This document shows, piece after piece, positions 48,981-58,669 of a stretch of 64,000 nt of DNA. The stretch covers positions 1-64,000 of the forward strand of contig JBITAJ010000018.1 in assembly GCA_044440125.1 (NCBI GenBank). Direction: 5' to 3'. The translations under genes and the position numbers were made by a program. The number at the start of each line of letters is the position of its first letter. Position 1 is the first letter of the stretch. The notes under the pieces are model-generated. The model had not been told where the DNA came from. It saw only the letters and a program-made list of their open reading frames with translations, and ran no database searches. Origin of the DNA: Sedimentisphaeraceae bacterium JB056 (lineage in GTDB: Bacteria; Planctomycetota; Phycisphaerae; Sedimentisphaerales; Sedimentisphaeraceae).

Positions 48981-51191
48981 ATGAAGTTGATAAGAATTGT
49001 TCTGGTTGCATTTCTTGTGGTATTGATATCAAATACCACGAAGGCATCACTGGTCGCTTATTATGATTTTGATAATCAGAGTGACCTGAAGCTTGATAGT
49101 TCGGGAACTGGTAAAGTTCTCACGTTGTATGATGCAGAGGGTGATTACTCTGCAGAAGGAGTGAATGGAGGTTGTGTTGATATTAATACGACAACCCAAG
49201 GTTATAGGGCAATTTATGACAGCATATTCCCTGCAGGCGATGTGTCATTCTCTACATGGGTTAAGGTAGAGGGGACAAGCGGTATGGTTATGCAGCCTTA
49301 TAATTTAGAGGCCGGCATGGCGATAACAATAGCGGCGGATACTTACCGTTTCTGGATATTCAGCAGCACCGGCACAAGCGGCAGCTATACGGCCATTAAT
49401 TCCGGTATATCGCCTCAGCTTGACACATGGACGCATCTTGCTATGACTTTTGATACCGATGGAACGACCGATGCAAACGGTAACTACAGCGGCACTTTCA
49501 AATGCTATATAAATGGACAGCTTGTCAGCAGTACAACAGAGCTATATCATCCTTTGGGATATAGAGGCCATAATAACGGTATCTGCATTGGTAAGCGTGC
49601 TACTACATATTTCAATGGCAAATATGATGATATTGCTATGTTTGATACGGCATTGAATAATGTAGAGATCAGTTCTCTTGCTAACAATCTCTGTACTCCT
49701 TTGAATGCTGAAGGCTTTGTTCCAGAACAAACTACTGAGCTTATTGGATACTACAGCTTTGATGATTCAAGTAATATGGCTCATGATTATTCAGGTAACG
49801 GTTATGACCTGATTAATGACAGTATTTATCTTGTTACAGACTACACCTCAGAAGGAGCAGTGGATGGAGCTGCCGTATTTGATGGTTCGACTCAGGGGTA
49901 TCTTGGCGATACTGCTCTTTATCCGGGAGGTTCTTTCAGTGTGTCATTCTGGTCTAAGTCAGATGTTGAAGGTGTGAGCAAGATTCTTACACGTGCTTAT
50001 AATAATGGAAACGGATATGCTCTTACTCTTGTCAGCGGTGAGTACCGTTTTTATACTTATCATGTTGGCGGGGTTGGGTATTCTTACGTTAGATCATATC
50101 TTTATTCCAAAGCAGGCCAGTGGGATCATATTGCAATGACTTTCAATAGTAATGGTGCTACTGATGATGATGGCAATTATACCGGAACAATAGTCGCATA
50201 TATTAATGGGTATCAAGTTGGTACTCTTACCGGAGCAAAATACAATCCTGGCAATGCGGCATATTTGTGTTTCGGCAAAAGAGCTACAGATAGTTATGAT
50301 GGTGTGATGGATGAGTTCGCAGTATTCAGTGGTGTGCTTAATCCTACAGAAGTTAATGCACTGGCATTGAAGGTTGCTGTACCTTCTGATGTTGTTGGGT
50401 ATTCGAATGTTTATACGCCTGTTGCATACTATAATTTCAATGACCCTAATGATCCGGTTCAAGGCTTGAAGGGTGATAAGTCTGGTAACAATAAGCATCT
50501 TACACTGTATGACAATGATGGTGATTCTTCTGATGACGGTATAACCGGCACAAGCGTTGATTTCAGCGATGCTCTTCAGGGATACAGACAGATAGATACA
50601 AGTATATTCCCTGATGGTGATTTTACTTTTGCCACATGGATCAAATACGAAGACTACAGCGCTATGATTGTCCAGCCTTTCCGTACGGAAGCGGGATTCC
50701 AGATTACTATAGCATCAAATACTTTAAGATTCTGGATATTCAGAAGCACTGGAACTGGTGGTACTTATAGTGTAGTAAATTCAGGCATTTCACCTACAAC
50801 TGATGAGTGGATGCATATTGCTATGACATTTGATACTGATGGCAGCACAGATGAGTATGGCAACTATTATGGTGAAATGAAATATTATATAAACGGAATA
50901 CTTCAGGGGACAAGCAGTGAGCTTTATCATCCTACTGGTTTCCGTGGGGATACTCTTGGTATTTGTATAGGCAGAAGAGGAACTTACACATTTAACGGTA
51001 AGTTTGATGATCTTGCGATATGGGATAAGGCTCTTGGTGACTGGCAGATATTGGGATTGGTTACAGAAGAATATTCACCTATGACACTTCCTGCTTATCA
51101 GGTTGCAGAATCTGATTTTAATGCTGACGGCAGCGTTGATTTGCTTGACTTCAGTATTTTGGCAGAAAACTGGTTTAAGAGCAGTTATTAA
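48981..51191 (+). CDS. Secreted triple LamG/ConA-like protein with C-terminal dockerin-like tail
   Basis: Signal peptide; three (A/G)YY.F(D/N)...W.H.AMTF...YING...G..D(D/E) units; ends DFNADGSVDLLDFSILAENW. Confidence 0.85.
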   Translation: MKLIRIVLVAFLVVLISNTTKASLVAYYDFDNQSDLKLDSSGTGKVLTLYDAEGDYSAEGVNGGCVDINTTTQGYRAIYDSIFPAGDVSFSTWVKVEGTSGMVMQPYNLEAGMAITIAADTYRFWIFSSTGTSGSYTAINSGISPQLDTWTHLAMTFDTDGTTDANGNYSGTFKCYINGQLVSSTTELYHPLGYRGHNNGICIGKRATTYFNGKYDDIAMFDTALNNVEISSLANNLCTPLNAEGFVPEQTTELIGYYSFDDSSNMAHDYSGNGYDLINDSIYLVTDYTSEGAVDGAAVFDGSTQGYLGDTALYPGGSFSVSFWSKSDVEGVSKILTRAYNNGNGYALTLVSGEYRFYTYHVGGVGYSYVRSYLYSKAGQWDHIAMTFNSNGATDDDGNYTGTIVAYINGYQVGTLTGAKYNPGNAAYLCFGKRATDSYDGVMDEFAVFSGVLNPTEVNALALKVAVPSDVVGYSNVYTPVAYYNFNDPNDPVQGLKGDKSGNNKHLTLYDNDGDSSDDGITGTSVDFSDALQGYRQIDTSIFPDGDFTFATWIKYEDYSAMIVQPFRTEAGFQITIASNTLRFWIFRSTGTGGTYSVVNSGISPTTDEWMHIAMTFDTDGSTDEYGNYYGEMKYYINGILQGTSSELYHPTGFRGDTLGICIGRRGTYTFNGKFDDLAIWDKALGDWQILGLVTEEYSPMTLPAYQVAESDFNADGSVDLLDFSILAENWFKSSY

Positions 51192-51368
51192 GATAATTAG
51201 TAAGTGTTCACACCGCTGCTTAGAATCTTACATTAATACACTATGGTTGCTGTTTACGTTAAATCCAAACAGAATTCAGTGCAAAAAATGCCAGTTTTAG
51301 GTAACCGCGTGAACGGCTATGATAATTAAGAAAGTATAATGTTAATGCATGTCAGAGAGACAAATATT

Positions 51369-52196
51369 ATGAAGAAAAAGGCTTTTACTCTAATAGAACT
51401 TCTTGTGGTGATATCAATCATCGCATTGCTTATGGCTATAATGATGCCTGCTTTAAGCAAGGCAAAGGAACAGGCCAACAAGATGGTTTGCAGTTCACGC
51501 ATGAGAAGCGTCAGCGTAGGGCCGTTTTTGTTTGCCAATGATAATAATGGCTGGTTCCCGATGACTGACGGTACTACCTTTGGTGATATAAACGCCGGAG
51601 ATGGCTGTCAGGAATGTGTAAATATGGGTAGCGTTTATCCTCAGCGTGATTTGTGGTATATTGATATTGCGCCATATCTGGGATTGACAGAAGACCCTTA
51701 TGTTAAGCAGAGTTGGATGCAGGCGGAAACCAAGGGACTTGATGCTCCGAAGATATACCAGTGTGCTTCAATGAAAAAAACATATTACGGTACTAAAGGT
51801 CTTGCCTTTGGATGGAACTGGAACGGCATGGGGTATAAGTGCAAGGATTATTTTGATCCCAAAGCTAAAAATTACTGGTTGCCGAGAAAACCATCCCAGA
51901 TAACCAGCGCTGCTGTAACCGGTATTATTGGTGAAAATCCGCTTGGACAGGATCCCGAACTTGAAAAAAATGCACCGCGTCATTATTGGGGCGGTCAGGT
52001 ATGGGAACAGTATACCGGTGGTAAATATGGATTCTATTTCTATGGTGACAGACATAGCGGGGGTTCAAGTTATATTTGTGTTGACGGCCATGTTGAATAC
52101 AGAAAAATTGATGAATACATCGAAGATTACGAACGCCAGAGAGGCAATATCGGTGCAGGTTCAGGAATTATTTTCCCAGGACCTCGCAGATGGTAA
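51369..52196 (+). CDS. Prepilin-type N-terminal cleavage/methylation protein with H-X9-DG motif
   Basis: KKAFTLIELLVVISIIALL..IMMPAL..A...A...C; RHSGGSSYICVDGH is exactly H-X9-DG. Confidence 0.92.
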   Translation: MKKKAFTLIELLVVISIIALLMAIMMPALSKAKEQANKMVCSSRMRSVSVGPFLFANDNNGWFPMTDGTTFGDINAGDGCQECVNMGSVYPQRDLWYIDIAPYLGLTEDPYVKQSWMQAETKGLDAPKIYQCASMKKTYYGTKGLAFGWNWNGMGYKCKDYFDPKAKNYWLPRKPSQITSAAVTGIIGENPLGQDPELEKNAPRHYWGGQVWEQYTGGKYGFYFYGDRHSGGSSYICVDGHVEYRKIDEYIEDYERQRGNIGAGSGIIFPGPRRW

Positions 52197-52251
52197 TCTC
52201 TGACGAGAATCGTTCTAAAAAGTTAACAATCAATAATGGAGAATTATTATT

Positions 52252-54537
52252 ATGTTTAAGATGATAAATATTATAGTGCTGCTGTGTGTTGCGTTAAGTT
52301 ATGCTGCACCAACAAGCTCACCATGGGATCATCAGGGTTCAGAGCTTAGTCAGAGCGTTACTATAACTCCGGGCACTTCGCCTATTACGTACACTTCGGC
52401 TTTTACTCGTGAGCGTGAAATATACGGTTATAATCCAAGGTTTATGCCGCTGCCGGTAGTGTTTGATAAAGACAATCGTCCTTTTATTCTGACTGCAGTT
52501 CCTCCGGGAAATACTGTCGGAAGTATTGACAGTTTCTATACAGGAAGTGAAAGAACAGAAGAAGCCTTTATACAGACTCTTGACGATAATGGTAACTGGG
52601 TTACGTACAGTATAACTGACGATATTATGAGATCGCTATACAGTTATACTCAGTATGCTGGTCCTGAGATAACTGCCGGTTACAAATGGGAAGATCGTAT
52701 CTTTTTCGATGATGACAATAATATTCGTTTTACAATGATTTCAGAGGCTCCTGATGTCAGCGGTACAGTACTTGTCTATTCAGAAGACGGCATGGAGACT
52801 TGGAAAAGCCTGCACTTGAACTATATCTATAATACTTCAGTTGAGTCATTTGATACGTTCTCTGCTTCAGAATATGGCTTGCCTACTATATGTCATGCAC
52901 AAACCGGAGATAGCGGCAATAAGGAACTCTTTCTTTGTAAGCTTGCTAAAGACCCTATGGGTAATTTTATGTTTGACCAGATGGTTAATATTGTAGGTGA
53001 GGAAGGTAAGTTTGGGCCGGGGCATTCAGGGTATTTGAATTATACACTGACTATTGGTGACAGGATTCATTACTTTTGGATGGATCAGCTTAATCAGGCT
53101 CCAGGCGAAGAAACAAGGCAGTATCACAATTACTATGATACAAGCACAGGTTTTGTCAGCACACCTACTTTTCTTGGCTCAACAGTGGGAACATGGTATG
53201 GAGATGCAGAGCCATATGTTCCTGTAGACCCTCACAATGGCCCAAGTGCTACTGTTGACAGAAATAAGACTATTCATGTAGTTCTTGGCGGTCACGGCAC
53301 ACAGGCGAAATATACCTATTCTACCGATAATGGTGATTCGTGGGAACCAGTTACAAATCTCCCTGGCGGTAATGTTTACAATACATACCCAACTCTCATC
53401 ACAGACAGAGAGAATACGGTTCATATGGCTTATCGTGCTACTCTTTCACCGGGCAGCTATCAGCTTGCTTATGCACGTAAGGCTGAAGGTCAGCCGTGGG
53501 AAGATATGGGTGCATTGGTTCAGCCTGGTAATGATGGATACAGTGTTTACTATCACACAATGACTGTCGACAGACTTGGACGTCTATTCCTCCAGTATTA
53601 CTATCGTGCTGATACAATGAGTGAAGCTGATAAGGCTGAATATAGAGCAAAATGGCCATCACAGCCAGATCCCGATGTAGAGATTTATACACACGATCCT
53701 GTTATTATCATGAGTGATAACGGCGGTGATACATGGAAAATCGCTACAACGCAGGATTTTGCTGACGGTCTTATTGATGATACCAAGCCGGTTGCTGTAT
53801 ATAACTTTGATGGTGGAAATCTTGGTTATGATATGGCCGGTGGTGACAATAGCCTGACAACAGCTTATGGTGCTCCTGTATCTGTGAGTGGACTTGTAGG
53901 TAATGCCGCTGATTTTGATGGTTCATCTGCGTTAGCCGGTTCACTTGATCAGGCACAGGAAATTACAGATGGTGCATTTACTGTTACAGGTTGGTTTAAG
54001 CTTGCTTCTGCACCTTCAGCTCTTTCAAATCTTGTTAATGCCAAGACTGGTCAGAGTGGTTTTGCTCTTATGGTTAATAATGGTCAATGGATTGGTTACA
54101 CTTACGCTGATGGTTACAATGATTCAGTTGTTTCATCAGCCGCCACAACTGCCGGTCAGTGGACCCATATAGCCTTTACTTATATGCCTGCCGGAGAACC
54201 GGATGCTTCTGGTGTCTATACAGGAACAAGTAAGCTTTATGTTGATGGAAGTCTTGTTGCAGAGGCTGCGGGTAAGAAGTATGCTCCTACCGGTTCAAAG
54301 ACTATTGCGGTTGCATCAAGTACTCTTGGTACAGACTTCTTCGGATGCACGGTTGATGAACTTGGCGTATTCGCCGGAGCTATGCCTGCGGCGAAGATTA
54401 AAGAGCTTGCAGCTAATATTTACATACCTTCTAACGTAAGTCGTGAGCTTTTCTATCAGGGCGATCTTAACAATGATGGTTTTGTAGATATTTCTGATTA
54501 CGTTGATTTTGTTTCATCATGGCTCGTAAGTAATTAA
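52252..54537 (+). CDS. Secreted BNR/Asp-box beta-propeller + LamG + dockerin-like protein
   Basis: Asp boxes SEDGMETW, STDNGDSW, SDNGGDTW; DPHNGPS...D....IHV...H; YP; LamG domain; GDLNNDGFVDISD...W. Confidence 0.8.
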   Translation: MFKMINIIVLLCVALSYAAPTSSPWDHQGSELSQSVTITPGTSPITYTSAFTREREIYGYNPRFMPLPVVFDKDNRPFILTAVPPGNTVGSIDSFYTGSERTEEAFIQTLDDNGNWVTYSITDDIMRSLYSYTQYAGPEITAGYKWEDRIFFDDDNNIRFTMISEAPDVSGTVLVYSEDGMETWKSLHLNYIYNTSVESFDTFSASEYGLPTICHAQTGDSGNKELFLCKLAKDPMGNFMFDQMVNIVGEEGKFGPGHSGYLNYTLTIGDRIHYFWMDQLNQAPGEETRQYHNYYDTSTGFVSTPTFLGSTVGTWYGDAEPYVPVDPHNGPSATVDRNKTIHVVLGGHGTQAKYTYSTDNGDSWEPVTNLPGGNVYNTYPTLITDRENTVHMAYRATLSPGSYQLAYARKAEGQPWEDMGALVQPGNDGYSVYYHTMTVDRLGRLFLQYYYRADTMSEADKAEYRAKWPSQPDPDVEIYTHDPVIIMSDNGGDTWKIATTQDFADGLIDDTKPVAVYNFDGGNLGYDMAGGDNSLTTAYGAPVSVSGLVGNAADFDGSSALAGSLDQAQEITDGAFTVTGWFKLASAPSALSNLVNAKTGQSGFALMVNNGQWIGYTYADGYNDSVVSSAATTAGQWTHIAFTYMPAGEPDASGVYTGTSKLYVDGSLVAEAAGKKYAPTGSKTIAVASSTLGTDFFGCTVDELGVFAGAMPAAKIKELAANIYIPSNVSRELFYQGDLNNDGFVDISDYVDFVSSWLVSN

Positions 54538-54558
54538 CAACACAAGCACAAATAACTG

Positions 54559-54593
54559 TTTCAAGGGCAGGGTGTTTCATCCTGCCCTTGAAA
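54559..54593. other. Strong hairpin without U tract (3' stabiliser or weak terminator)
   Basis: TTTCAAGGGCAGG / CCTGCCCTTGAAA perfect 13-bp stem. Confidence 0.6.
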
Positions 54594-54799
54594 AATAACG
54601 CTAATTATAATATTGTTAGTCGTTATGCGTTTACCTTAATTCATCGATTTTATTCTTAAGAAACAGTTTTTGTGTTTCTACCAAACAGCAATTTTACATG
54701 TTTATACAAGATTTAATAAGTGATGTGAACGGTTATTAATATTATATTTTACTATGTTTGTTTTTTGAGCACTTAATTTTAAGTGTTAGAGAGTAATAT

Positions 54800-55696
54800 A
54801 TGAGATTTGGTATTTGTTTTTTGATATTTTCTGTGTTCTTTTGCGGATTAGCCGTTGCACAGGAACAAGCTAAAAGTGGTTTTGATGTAAATCATACAAA
54901 AAAAATCGAAGATATCAGAAGTCAAGTGATTAATAAAGCCGAATCATTAGCGGCATTTACCTGGAATGAATATGCCGAGTTTCTTGATGAACTGAAAAAA
55001 GATCGTTATATAGTCACAACTGGCAAAGATTTTAATTCGACAGTAAACGATGAAAAGATTGTCGTATATATGCGGCATGATATTGATATAAATCCTTTTG
55101 CCGCATTAAAAATGGCTCAAATGGAAAAGCAAAGAGGGATTTGCTCAACTTTTTATGTGCTTCACAGTGCACGATATTATGGTGTTCAAAGCAGCAGCGG
55201 AGTTTGCAGATATGCCCAAATGGATATTTTATACAAGAAAATAGCTCAAATGGGGCATGAGATTGGTGTACACAATGACCTTATTGGTCTGATGATTCAA
55301 TCTGATATTTCTCCTTTAATATTCCAGCGAAGAGAACTTGATTATTATACTAAAGCAGGATTTGATATTACAGGTGTTGTAAGTCATGGCTCATCGGTGG
55401 TTGCAAAATGCAATCTCAATAATACATGGATATTTTCAGAGTTTGGAAAAAAGGGCATTTTTGAGAATAATGGCAAAATTTATACCTATGGAGATAATTC
55501 ATTTAGAGATTTTGGCTTTGAGTATGAAGGATACAAATTCAAGCTTGATCAGCGTGCTCATGATATAGGTGGTAAATTCACAGCGTCAATCAAGGGGTGT
55601 AATAATTTTGTTGATTTTCTTCAGAAGTGTGAAACAGGTCAGAGAATCTCGATTCTGACGCATCCTGTCTGGTGGGGCAGGAATTTGGGTAAATAG
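54800..55696 (+). CDS. Secreted polysaccharide-deacetylase-like (NodB fold) protein
   Basis: RHDID, STFYV, GHEIG.H, SHG, ILTHP.WW. Confidence 0.75.
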   Translation: MRFGICFLIFSVFFCGLAVAQEQAKSGFDVNHTKKIEDIRSQVINKAESLAAFTWNEYAEFLDELKKDRYIVTTGKDFNSTVNDEKIVVYMRHDIDINPFAALKMAQMEKQRGICSTFYVLHSARYYGVQSSSGVCRYAQMDILYKKIAQMGHEIGVHNDLIGLMIQSDISPLIFQRRELDYYTKAGFDITGVVSHGSSVVAKCNLNNTWIFSEFGKKGIFENNGKIYTYGDNSFRDFGFEYEGYKFKLDQRAHDIGGKFTASIKGCNNFVDFLQKCETGQRISILTHPVWWGRNLGK

Positions 55697-55861
55697 CTAA
55701 AGCACTAATGACAAGAATTCACAGTGGTTACTAAGGTTTAGTGTTAAATGTTTTTAGGAAAGATTCAGAACGGGTTTGCAAATTAAATTGTTCGGTTGTA
55801 GAGGCGGATACATTTAGTATAGAATTAGATTGATAGTTAAATTGGTACTTAAGATATTAAT

Positions 55862-56908
55862 ATGCAGCAGCAAGTAAAACAACTTCGTACGGCAGTTATT
55901 GGCCTTGGCAGGATAGGATGGCAATTCCATCTTCCTCAGCTCAAGGCGCATAAAGAATTTGAATTGACAGCAGTGGTTGATAAACTTCCAGAGCGTCTTC
56001 AGGAAGCTTATGACGAATATAGCGTCAAAGGCTACACTGATTATATTGAGATGCTTGAAAAAGAAAAGCCGGATCTTGTCGTAATTGCCTCGCCGACTAA
56101 ATTTCATAAACAGCACGTGCTTGATTCGTTCAAATATGGCTGTGATGTGTTCTGCGAGAAACCGGTGGTTTCTACTGCCGCGGAGATGGATGAAATAATT
56201 GAGGCTAAAGAGCGTATGGGGCGTAAATTTATGGCTTATCAGCCTCATCGTGGATACAATGATATAGTTTCTTTGAAGCATATAATGTCATTAGGCGTCT
56301 TAGGCAGGATATACATGATAAAGAGAAGCTGCAGTGCTTTTACGAGAAGAAGCGACTGGCAGGCTTTTCTTATCAATGGTGGTGGGATGCTGAATAATTA
56401 TGGTTCACACTTTATCGATCAACTTTTGTATCTTGCCGGCAGCGATATTTCCGCTTCAAAATGTATAACAAAAAAAATAGCATGTCTTGGGGATGCTGAT
56501 GATGTGGTCAAGGCTGTTTTCGAAACGGAGAACGGCCTTGTCCTCGATTTGGATATAAATATGGCTTGTGCATTTGAAATGCGCCCATGGCAGGTATTGG
56601 GCGACTGTGGAAGCGCTGTTCTCGATCATGATTCTAACATGTGGCGTGTTAAATATTTTGTGCCTGAAGAGCTACAGAATGTGCCTATATGCAAAGAACT
56701 TGCCGCAGAAGGTCGCAGCTATACTAATGGAGAGACAATCCCCTGGAGACTTAAAGAATTCAAGCTGGACAAATTCGATCCTGTTGATTATTACGGGAAA
56801 TGTTATGAGTATTTTGCATTGGATAATAAGCCTTTTGTTGATATAACTGAATCGAAACGTCTTATAGATGTGATTGAGAATTGCAGAGGATGTACTGAAT
56901 CTATTTGA
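55862..56908 (+). CDS. Gfo/Idh/MocA oxidoreductase
   Basis: GLGRIG...H, SPT..H, CEKP, R.DWQ.....GGG.L.N.G.H.IDQ. Confidence 0.92.
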   Translation: MQQQVKQLRTAVIGLGRIGWQFHLPQLKAHKEFELTAVVDKLPERLQEAYDEYSVKGYTDYIEMLEKEKPDLVVIASPTKFHKQHVLDSFKYGCDVFCEKPVVSTAAEMDEIIEAKERMGRKFMAYQPHRGYNDIVSLKHIMSLGVLGRIYMIKRSCSAFTRRSDWQAFLINGGGMLNNYGSHFIDQLLYLAGSDISASKCITKKIACLGDADDVVKAVFETENGLVLDLDINMACAFEMRPWQVLGDCGSAVLDHDSNMWRVKYFVPEELQNVPICKELAAEGRSYTNGETIPWRLKEFKLDKFDPVDYYGKCYEYFALDNKPFVDITESKRLIDVIENCRGCTESI

Positions 56909-56933
56909 TAAAGAAAAGAGGGTGTATCTGAAT

Positions 56934-58547
56934 ATGAATAATATTACAAGACGACAATTTACGGCAAGTGCTTTAGCAGCAAGTTTTGCAGCCGCTTCAG
57001 GTTCTGCTGCTGTAAATAAGGGTACTGCGGAAATAGCTGATGTCAGAAAGGCTTTTAAGTCAACAAAAGGCAAATACAATATCGTCATAATCAAGACAGA
57101 TCAACAGAGAGGCGATACTATTAATTGTCTTGGCAATAAGCATATGATTACACCTAATCTTGATAAATTTGCTTCTGATTCAGTAGTTTTTTCCAATGCG
57201 TTTTGTTGCGGGGCAACTTGCGTTGTTTCAAGGGCGGCATTTTATACAGGCAGGTTTGCGATAAATACCGGCATTTATACCTTCCAGAATTGGGCTGATC
57301 AGCCTACTTGGCTTGATGATATACGAGAGGCCGGTTATTATCTTACGGCAGTTGGTAAAAATCATCATATGCCTTTTGATGCTCCTATGGCATATCATGA
57401 GCGCCTTATAGTGGAGAATTTTCCACTTTATGAATCGTGGGATGATTTCAGTAATTATCTTGAAGAAAACAATCAGCCGCGTCCGCTGAAAATGCTTACC
57501 GAAGATGGTAAGTGGATGGAAAAATGCGGCAGTGATGTTTATCCGCTTGAGGAAAAATATTATGCCGATAACTATGTTGGGACAAAAGCTGTTGAGTGGA
57601 TAAATAAATATGAGAAAGATGAACCGTTTTTCCTACATATAGGTTTTCAGGGACCACACGATCCATTCACTGTGCCTGAACGTTTCTTGAGGATGTATGA
57701 TGATGTTGATGTGCCAAAGCCTGTTGATGCTGATGGCGGAGAGAATAAGCCGCCGCAGTATGAACGTTTCAGGCGAACAGTGGCAGACCCTTTGCGTGGA
57801 TTTGATACGCCTCCAATTTACGGCAGCTGTTATATTGATCTTGAAGGCAAGTCTGAAGAAGATATAACAAGAATGAGAAAGCATTATTATGCGAAAGTTA
57901 CAGCTATTGATGAACAGCTTGGATTTATTATGGATGCTCTTGAGCAAAAAGGGGTTTTGGATAATACAATAGTCGTCTTTACTTCTGATCATGGTGAAAA
58001 TCTCGCTGACCATAAGCTGGTTTATAAATGGCTTATGACTGATCAGGCGACTAATGTACCTATGATGGTCATGTTGCCGAAGAAGCTTAGAAGAACCGAT
58101 GTTGATGATAGACTTTTTACTCAGATTGATGTAGGGCCGACATTGCTTGACCTTTGTCGTATTAAGCCTACTGTTAAGCTTGACGGCAAGAGCAATAAAA
58201 ATAGGCTTATATCTGGCAGCGATGAAAATGTGCCGGATACAGTTTATTGCTTTAAGCAGTATCTTACAATGGCAAGAACTGAGACCGAAAAGGTCATCAA
58301 TTATGCCGGTCAGCCTTACGGCGAATATTATAATCTTGCCGCAGACCCAACAGAATCAAAAAATCTTTACGATACAGAAAAGACAAAGACGAATAAAATT
58401 GAAGCGAAGATGTATGATTATTTCAGTTCGCTTCGTTTCTTGGGTACAGAGCAATTATTTTCAAAAAGTATAAATGATCCAAAACCTAAGTCTAAACTGC
58501 GATTATATCCGCAGATATACGTTAAAGATCCTTATCGACTTCATTAA
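56934..58547 (+). CDS. Tat-exported S1 sulfatase with non-canonical CVVSR motif
   Basis: ITRRQF twin-arginine signal; TDQQR, TPNLD, CVVSRAAFYTGR, GK.H, PHDP, TSDHGE.L.DH.L..K, Y.L..DP.E. Confidence 0.9.
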   Translation: MNNITRRQFTASALAASFAAASGSAAVNKGTAEIADVRKAFKSTKGKYNIVIIKTDQQRGDTINCLGNKHMITPNLDKFASDSVVFSNAFCCGATCVVSRAAFYTGRFAINTGIYTFQNWADQPTWLDDIREAGYYLTAVGKNHHMPFDAPMAYHERLIVENFPLYESWDDFSNYLEENNQPRPLKMLTEDGKWMEKCGSDVYPLEEKYYADNYVGTKAVEWINKYEKDEPFFLHIGFQGPHDPFTVPERFLRMYDDVDVPKPVDADGGENKPPQYERFRRTVADPLRGFDTPPIYGSCYIDLEGKSEEDITRMRKHYYAKVTAIDEQLGFIMDALEQKGVLDNTIVVFTSDHGENLADHKLVYKWLMTDQATNVPMMVMLPKKLRRTDVDDRLFTQIDVGPTLLDLCRIKPTVKLDGKSNKNRLISGSDENVPDTVYCFKQYLTMARTETEKVINYAGQPYGEYYNLAADPTESKNLYDTEKTKTNKIEAKMYDYFSSLRFLGTEQLFSKSINDPKPKSKLRLYPQIYVKDPYRLH

Positions 58548-58669
58548 AAGCAATGCTTCAAAATCAAAAATTTTATTGCTATAACTCGCTCTTTTGTTAA
58601 AATGCAAATACTTAGTTGGTTTCGCTTTTGCGATAAAAAAGAGCATTAATGTTAAAAAATAAGGAAAAA

